Shown: in pieces, positions 57,463 through 64,000 of the stretch
How positions within the stretch are numbered: position 1 is the first letter of the stretch
Layout: each line of letters opens with the position of its first letter
DNA from: Azolla caroliniana
Taxonomy: Eukaryota > Plantae > Polypodiophyta
Assembly: GCA_043228905.1 (NCBI GenBank)
Contig: JBHGNT010000012.1
Span: 19,406,001-19,470,000, forward strand
Direction: 5' to 3'
DNA: 64,000 nucleotides
The notes under the pieces: generated by a model
The model's database searches: none
The model's input: the letters and a program-made list of their open reading frames with translations, nothing else
What the model was told of the DNA's origin: nothing
Program-made: the position numbers and the translations under genes

Positions 57463-60400
57463 TGTTACACTTGCGTGTTCCTCTAGTAGCTTTGATGTGA
57501 ACCATTTTCCCTATACATGGGCACTTTTTACTCTAGTGCTGGCTAGAGGTTTTTTCCCCATGTTACCACATACATGAGTCACTCATATGTGGTGGTACTT
57601 AGTACTTAGGGATATATATTTCAGCTCCTATTATTTTTTAGATATATTCATCAATAGAGAACTATTCCAGCCATTGCCTTCCTTGTGTGAGTGCTTCTTT
57701 CTTTGAGCTTCTTGTGTGTTTCCCACTCTTCCTCACATACCCAACAGTGGTATCAGAGCCAAGTTCTTCATCCTCTCCATCTTCGGTTGTCCGCATCGCG
57801 GTGTCGCGGCGCGCGCGCACTTTTCATTGTGCAAATCAACTTCCGAATATAGAGAAGTGTATTTCAGCACTTGGAGCGCATTTTCAGCAGGTACCCTGCT
57901 GTTTTACCCCCATTTCGAAGCCGTTCGTGTAGTCGAAATCGTCATCCGAGTGATAGTTTGTGAGCTGCATTTTCAGCACTCATTTCCAATTTGTTGAGGT
58001 AATATTTTACCACTTTCTTGTTCTTTGGTAAAATGGCAAACAATGGTGATTTGTTTGGCATGCTTCAAGCTGAAGATAAGCTTGATGGGACAAACTATCC
58101 AATGTGGTCCTACATGATGAAACACGTTCTTGTTGCCAAACAACTATGGAACATAGTGGTAGATGTAGATCGACGCCCCGCCGGTCCTACTACTTCACAG
58201 TCTACTATCACAGATACAGGTTCATCTTCGAGCACAGTGACTTCATCTACTCCACCAACACAAGAGCAACTTAGATGGGATGGAAACGATGCTCAAGCTC
58301 ATGCATTGATTGCACTTTCTGTGAAGCGTCATATAGTTCCACATATTCGGTCATGCTCTACGTCCAAACAAGCATGGGACACTCTTGCTTCGTTGTATGC
58401 CGTGCGTAACGAAGCACGTGTTGCATATTTGAGAAAGCAACTTGAGGATGTATATATGGCTGAAAATGAGTCGGTAGATGTGTATGTGACACGCATTAAA
58501 GATTTGAAAGAGCAATTGGCAAACATTGATGAGATCATTTCGAATACATCACTTGTCTCTACGTTGTTGAAAGGATTACCCGAATCTTTTCAAAGCTTTG
58601 CTACTACTATTCGTTTGGTTGCAAAAGGGAATACGGATATGTACGCATTTGATGAGGTTGTGTCTCTTCTTTTGCAAGAAGAACAATCTAGAGTGAATAG
58701 AAGTGGTTTGATAGAGGGAACACAAGCACTTGCTATCTCACAAAAAGGAAAAGGCAAGCATGGTTCAGCTTTTGGTTCTTCAAAACCAAAGCCTCAACCT
58801 CCCTCTTTCACTTATTCCTCTAATGATGGTGATTTGCAAAAGAAGAAAAGATGCAAATATTGTCGAAAGGTTGGCCATACGATTGAAGAATGTAGAAAGC
58901 TTGTTAAGCGCAATGAGAAGAAGAAGGAATCCGGCATGACCATTTCTGAAAATGTTTCAAGTGCAAAGAGTGATGAGGCCAACATGGCTCAAGATTATTG
59001 GGCATGTGTTGTTACATATCATTATGATGCATCATTGCACTCTAAATGTATGGTTGTAAGTGAGATTGATTCGGATTGGTTCTTTGATAGTGGTGCTTCA
59101 AAGCACATTACTTCATGCAAAAGTTTTTTTGCATCCTTGAAAGATGCACCCAAAGGTGGACATGTGGTGTGTGCAAACAATGCCTCTTATCCTATCATTG
59201 GAGTAGGAGAAATTGAGCTTTCGGCTGCAAATGGAGGTGTTGTCATCTTAAAGAATGTATTGTATGTGCTCGGTATCAAGAAGAACTTAATTTCGGTTCT
59301 TTTGATTGCCAAAGCCGGACTTCATGTACATTTTGTTGATGATAAGTGCATGGTTCACGATTATAGCAATGGTGATGTTATCGTGATGTCCGGTACATTA
59401 TGCAATGGCTTGTACCGTTTAGATACATACAAGAGGGCTTCTCTAAATGCCTTGGCTGTACATACTTCTTCCATGGCTGAAATGGAGCTTTGGCATGCTC
59501 GTTTTGGTCACTTGAACTTCAATAGTTTGCTTCACTTGCAAAAGAAGGATATGGTTATTGGGTTTCCTACACTTGAGTCCATTGAAAAACATGCATGTGA
59601 AGGTTGCATTCTTGGAAAAATGCATCGTGCTTCTTTTCCAAAAGATAGTCATACACACACTACAAGAAAATTACAACTTGTTCATAGTGATGTATGTGGT
59701 CCTGTAAAGACTCCATCTTTTGGAAAGCATGTATATTTTGTTACCTTCATTGATGATGCTACTCGTCATACATGGGTGTATCCTATGAAAGCAAAGAATG
59801 AAGTCTTTTCTTGCTTCAAATCATTTTTAGCTATGGCTGAAAATTTTTCCGCAAATAAGCTCTTGACTCTACGCACGGATCGTGGTGGCGAATATATGTC
59901 ACATGAGTTTAATGCTTTTCTTTGTGAAAGAGGTATTTTACATCAATGTACGGTGCCATATACACCTCAACAAAATGGTGTTGCAGAACGCAAAAATAGA
60001 ACACTCTTAGAGATGGCACGATGTATGGTTAAAGGAAAGCATCTTCCTAACAAGTTTTGGATGGAAGCGGTTATGTGTGCAAATTATGTGTTGAATCGTT
60101 GCCCTACAAAAGCGTTGAGAGTCATTACGCCATATGAGGCTTGGAATGGACATAAACCTATGGTTAGTCATATGCGTGTGTTCGGTTGTTTGGCATATGC
60201 TCTTGTGCCATCACAACAACGTCACAAACTTGATGACAAGGCAAAGAAATGCATATTTGTTGGTTATAGTGCGGAAAGTAAGGGATATCGTTTGTATCAT
60301 CCATTGACGGACACAATTATTGTGAGTCGAGATGTGGTATTTGCTGAAAATTCAGCTTTCCCTTTTCTTGAATGCAAAAAACAACCAACAGTTAGCTCAC

Positions 60401-60771
60401 AAGATGTGTTTGATACACTCATGCCTTTGTTCCAAAGTGCTGCGCTTGACCATGGACATGTAGACCAGCCAAGTGAGTCTCAAAGGGATAAAAATTTCCA
60501 GCAAATAAGTGTTGAAAATGCACGAAATGTCCAACCAAATGTGGCTGAAAATGAGCATGAAATTCAGCCCACGCATGATGTACATATTGAAGATGTATTA
60601 CATAATGAACGTATGGCTATCGAGAGGTCACAAACTATGCCGAGGTGGCTGAAACAAACTTTGCAAGATAGCAAATTGAGTGCACCTTTACTTGGTAAAA
60701 CAAGATCAAGCTCTCGCCATGCATCAGGTAATTTTGTGGATTATTCTATTGTTGCAATAGCATGTAATGAG
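57463..60771 (+). mobile_element. Ty1/Copia element C2 (5' LTR 57463-57746, PBS 57748-57759, gag-PR-IN), interrupted by M
   Basis: TGTTACAC...CCCAACA followed by G and TGGTATCAGAGC; same family as C1. Confidence 0.95.
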
Positions 60772-60831
60772 TGTCGAATACATGTGTATAATGGACGTAT
60801 TCACACTATCCCGTTTTGGCCATTTATGTAA
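58033..60831 (+). CDS. Copia Gag-protease-integrase ORF of C2; the last ~19 codons read into the M LTR
   Basis: Intact CCHC knuckle, WFFDSGAS, HHCC region, HSDVCGP, LRTDRGGEY, QNGVAERKNR. Confidence 0.93.
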   Translation: MANNGDLFGMLQAEDKLDGTNYPMWSYMMKHVLVAKQLWNIVVDVDRRPAGPTTSQSTITDTGSSSSTVTSSTPPTQEQLRWDGNDAQAHALIALSVKRHIVPHIRSCSTSKQAWDTLASLYAVRNEARVAYLRKQLEDVYMAENESVDVYVTRIKDLKEQLANIDEIISNTSLVSTLLKGLPESFQSFATTIRLVAKGNTDMYAFDEVVSLLLQEEQSRVNRSGLIEGTQALAISQKGKGKHGSAFGSSKPKPQPPSFTYSSNDGDLQKKKRCKYCRKVGHTIEECRKLVKRNEKKKESGMTISENVSSAKSDEANMAQDYWACVVTYHYDASLHSKCMVVSEIDSDWFFDSGASKHITSCKSFFASLKDAPKGGHVVCANNASYPIIGVGEIELSAANGGVVILKNVLYVLGIKKNLISVLLIAKAGLHVHFVDDKCMVHDYSNGDVIVMSGTLCNGLYRLDTYKRASLNALAVHTSSMAEMELWHARFGHLNFNSLLHLQKKDMVIGFPTLESIEKHACEGCILGKMHRASFPKDSHTHTTRKLQLVHSDVCGPVKTPSFGKHVYFVTFIDDATRHTWVYPMKAKNEVFSCFKSFLAMAENFSANKLLTLRTDRGGEYMSHEFNAFLCERGILHQCTVPYTPQQNGVAERKNRTLLEMARCMVKGKHLPNKFWMEAVMCANYVLNRCPTKALRVITPYEAWNGHKPMVSHMRVFGCLAYALVPSQQRHKLDDKAKKCIFVGYSAESKGYRLYHPLTDTIIVSRDVVFAENSAFPFLECKKQPTVSSQDVFDTLMPLFQSAALDHGHVDQPSESQRDKNFQQISVENARNVQPNVAENEHEIQPTHDVHIEDVLHNERMAIERSQTMPRWLKQTLQDSKLSAPLLGKTRSSSRHASGNFVDYSIVAIACNECRIHVYNGRIHTIPFWPFM

Positions 60832-60949
60832 TTAGCATAAAGGGTAGTTGCCCTAAGTCAGTCACTATATATAGTGACCTTGTAACCTCTTTGTGAGGTT
60901 GGGCTGTTGTATTGTTGCTTTGAGAAATAAAGAGTCTTTTGTGTCTCTC

Positions 60950-60988
<39 letters not shown>

Positions 60989-62326
60989 AACGACCTACAT
61001 TCCATCATTCACAGGGAAGGAACAGGGATCGAATGCTTCTCGATCTTCCGCATTGACGACCTTCCTCGCATACAACATCTGGTATCAGAGCCAGGTTCGG
61101 CCGTCATCACCGCCTGCACAGCATTCGGTTCTTCACCTCAACACGGCCTGCACAGTATTCGCGTCATTCGAAGAAAGAGAGAAGAAGAACAAAAACGAGG
61201 TTTGCACCTCATCGCGTTAGATCCCCTTGCTTGGAGTCAGCCAGCAGGTTGTACTCTGTCCCCTGTGATCGTAACCGCTCGAGGTGAAATCCCCTTGTGC
61301 AACTCTGACAACAACCCAAATTCGTGCTTCATCTGGCTGATCGACATTCGGGAGGATCAGTCGGATCCGTCTCTCTCATCGCTGCAGTCAACCAAAGCCG
61401 AATCAGTCCAGATAATCGGTTTCAATAATCGGTATTCGGCATATATATCCGAAGCGAACCGGGCTCACTTCGACTCGGCAACATTCGGGAAGACCAGTCG
61501 GTTCTGCCCCTCAAGCTACCGGAGTCAACTCGAGCAAGTTCATCAATATATATATCCGAAGCCGAACCGACTCGGGTTCAAATCCGACTAGAACGATATC
61601 GGGTGAGCCAACCGGCTGCACTCCAACAAGGTTCGTAGTCAACTTCGAACCGAGCTTCGTCAACTGAAACCGAATTTGATGGCATCAACATCCGGCTCGT
61701 CAGAAATGAGTCTACGCAAGTTCGATGGATCGAACTTCAACTTCTGGAAGGAACAAATGCAGGACTATCTCATAGTCAAAGGGCAAATCGATCCCATCGA
61801 AAATGAAGAACCTCCAGAAGGATACAAACCAATTGAGTGGCAGAAGCTGGACAGAATCGTCCGCGCCACGATTCGGATGCACCTATCGGAATCGGTATAC
61901 TTTACGGTGCAATCGTGTACGACAGCATTCGAACTGTGGAAAACGCTGTCGGACACTTACGAAAAGAAGGTCGCCGCAACAAAGATGTTTCTGATCCGGC
62001 GCCTCTACAACTTGCGGATGAAAGAATCCGATTCGGTCCAAGCACATCTCAATGAGTACGAAAGCATAAGCTCCCAAATCTCGTCACAGGGGACGGCAAT
62101 CGAGGATGAACTCAGAGCAATGATACTCATGAGTAGCCTTCCCTCATCATGGGAAACTTTCGTCACAACCGTGTGCAACGCGTCAACCACGGCTGTTAAA
62201 TACTCCGAAGTCACGAGCGCAATCTTGACCGAAGCAGCTCGGAGAAAGTCTTTCGCCAAAGACTCAACAGACGACGCTTACGTAGTACAAGGTTCGACAG
62301 ACCGATCGAACATACGAGGAAGAGAT
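60772..62326 (+). mobile_element. Ty1/Copia element M (5' LTR 60772-61077, PBS 61080-61091, leader of about 590 bp, gag), interrupted by A2
   Basis: TGTCG...CAACA followed by TC and TGGTATCAGAGC; TATA box and (CT)n tract in the LTR. Confidence 0.92.
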
Positions 62327-62374
62327 TGTTGGGTTTTCGGTCCCTCCGGATGGGATGTCCCCGGAGATAAATGA
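61679..62374 (+). CDS. Copia Gag of M, truncated by the A2 insertion at 62327
   Basis: KFDGSNFNFWKEQMQDYL...LIRRLYNLRM...SSLPSSWETFV. Confidence 0.88.
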   Translation: MASTSGSSEMSLRKFDGSNFNFWKEQMQDYLIVKGQIDPIENEEPPEGYKPIEWQKLDRIVRATIRMHLSESVYFTVQSCTTAFELWKTLSDTYEKKVAATKMFLIRRLYNLRMKESDSVQAHLNEYESISSQISSQGTAIEDELRAMILMSSLPSSWETFVTTVCNASTTAVKYSEVTSAILTEAARRKSFAKDSTDDAYVVQGSTDRSNIRGRDCWVFGPSGWDVPGDK

Positions 62375-64000
62375 CGGCAAGCCCGGTTGCGGTTACGGAA
62401 CCGGATGATGAAAAGTACCCGGCATGAAGCCGGATGAAGTGTACCCGGATGCGGATCCGGATGATGTAGAGTACCCGGATACGGATCCGGATGATGAAGA
62501 CCCCGGTTCCGGAACCGGATGTTGAAGACCCCGACTACGGAGCCGGATGACGAATGTACCCGGAGAGAGATCCGGAAGCGGGGACATATTTGTGAATATG
62601 TTTGCCAAGGGCCCTTGAGGCTATATTTGTAAATAGCCCGAAAGTCATATGTGTATAAATATGACTTAGGGCAAACAGTTAAGGTTGTTGTTGCTCATTT
62701 TCTGTTTTCCACTTAGAGGGAGCGAAGTGAGAGCAGCCGCGAGAGAGAGAGAGAGAGAGAGAAACAAAGAGGTCGACGCCTCTGTGTAATACCGCCGCCT
62801 GTGGCGAGGACAGCGAGCTCAAGGTCGTCGCCTTGCAGCTCGCCATTGTATATTCCAGTGTATAGTGATAGTTGGAGTCGTGCACTCCCGTGGTTTTTCC
62901 CGTTTAGGGTTTTCCACGTAAACATCCTGTGTGCTCTTCTCTCTGTTGTTCTTCGTGCATTCTTGTATTTCCCGTTTTCTGAGAATCGATCCTGTTCCTC
63001 GGTTGTGGCCGAGAGGCGAAAGATTTGATAGCGTCAAATCCTTACAAAGTGGTATCAGAGCGACTGTTGCAGAAAATGGAAGGCGGCGGCAGCGGGCAGC
63101 CGATGATGATGGTGCTGAATGCACAGAATTACGCCGACTGGAAGATCAAGATGGAGGACCTTCTGATTGTTCGGGACCTGTACGAACCGATTGACAGGTC
63201 GGAAATACCGAAAGGGGTACTTGAGTCGGAGTGGAAGCTCCTGAACCGGAAAGCCGTAGCGACGATCCGACAATACGTCGACGTGAGCGTCCTACAACAT
63301 GTGGCAAACGACACCAACGCATATGAGATGTGGAAGAAGCTGTCGGGCCTCTACGAGAGGAAGAATGCGTTGAACCGGACCTCCCTGATGAGGAAGATAG
63401 TGAATCTCAAGTACCGGGACGGCGAGAGTATGGTGGAACACGTAAGCACGTTCATGGGATTCGTGAATCAGCTTGCGGCGATCAAGTTCCCGTTGGAGGA
63501 TGCAATGCAAGCCATCATCCTGATGTGTACATTGCCGGAAAGCTGGGAGAACTTGGTGGTGACTCTCAGCACCTCGTGCACCGAAGATAACTTGTCCTTA
63601 CAAACGGTAAAGACAAGTATTCTGAATGAAGAAGCGCGTCGGAGAGATAAAGAACCGGCCTCCGACTCGAAGGCGCTGCTTACCGAATCGGAACGGGGAA
63701 GACACTGGAACCGGAGTCCGCAAAGACGGGAGAAGTCGGGGACCCGGTCGCAGTCAAGAGGAAGGCCCACATGCTTCCACTGCGGGAAGCCGGGGCACTT
63801 CCGAAAGAATTGTCGGCATTACCGAAAAGACAACGGAGCCGACGATACCGATTCGAAGAAGTCACCGGAGAGAAACGGTGCATACCGGGGAGCCACGGAC
63901 CGGAGAGGTTCGGATCGGCGAGGGCAGGACCGGAAAGGAACAACGGCACTCGCGGCAAGTGAAGAAGAGATAATGCTCATTACCGAAGAGAGGGAGCTGA
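62327..64000 (+). mobile_element. Ty1/Copia element A2 (5' LTR 62327-63046, PBS 63050-63061, gag; continues off the right edge)
   Basis: LTR and gag closely match the reverse complement of A1. Confidence 0.95.
63076..64000 (+). CDS. Copia Gag of A2, partial
   Basis: MEGGGSGQPMMMVLNAQNYADWKIKMEDLL...CFHCGKPGHFRKNC; open to the window end. Confidence 0.92.
   Translation, partial: MEGGGSGQPMMMVLNAQNYADWKIKMEDLLIVRDLYEPIDRSEIPKGVLESEWKLLNRKAVATIRQYVDVSVLQHVANDTNAYEMWKKLSGLYERKNALNRTSLMRKIVNLKYRDGESMVEHVSTFMGFVNQLAAIKFPLEDAMQAIILMCTLPESWENLVVTLSTSCTEDNLSLQTVKTSILNEEARRRDKEPASDSKALLTESERGRHWNRSPQRREKSGTRSQSRGRPTCFHCGKPGHFRKNCRHYRKDNGADDTDSKKSPERNGAYRGATDRRGSDRRGQDRKGTTALAASEEEIMLITEEREL

Noticed and set aside
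6911-60771. C1/C2 plus A1/A2 as terminal inverted repeats of one giant element or a segmental inverted duplication
   Set aside because: Each copy has a different host, junction and intervening element, so they are independent insertions.
60893-61591. 232-aa ORF
   Set aside because: Runs through the M LTR (CT)n tract, PBS and leader from a non-ATG start; not protein-like.

Overview
This is eukaryotic plant nuclear DNA, probably from a non-seed plant such as a fern; that is an inference from the retroelement types (Tcn1-like chromoviruses, a tRNA-Trp-primed Gypsy) and from CG/CHG decay. About three quarters of the window is deeply nested retrotransposon sequence. The left stack (1-40.6 kb) holds at least six Ty1/Copia and about six Ty3/Gypsy elements or fragments, mostly with resolvable LTRs, PBS, PPT and TSDs. 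The right stack (52.8-64 kb) is a LINE interrupted by three successively nested Copia elements. Between them lies an AT-rich island of about 12 kb with one host gene, an intronless MAPKKK15-21-like MEKK kinase (46024-48066). Its upstream region is an ATG-free leader built from a 29-bp minisatellite. The most unusual signals are: an antisense tRNA-like A-box/B-box module at the same offset in two chromovirus-type LTRs; a probable self-priming PBS and hairpin; a long coiled-coil extra ORF 3' of an Athila/Tat-like integrase; and a Copia family with a duplicated PPT bracketing a conserved Pol C-terminal extension. Element letters (A-M) are my own labels. All calls were made by eye, with no database searches.
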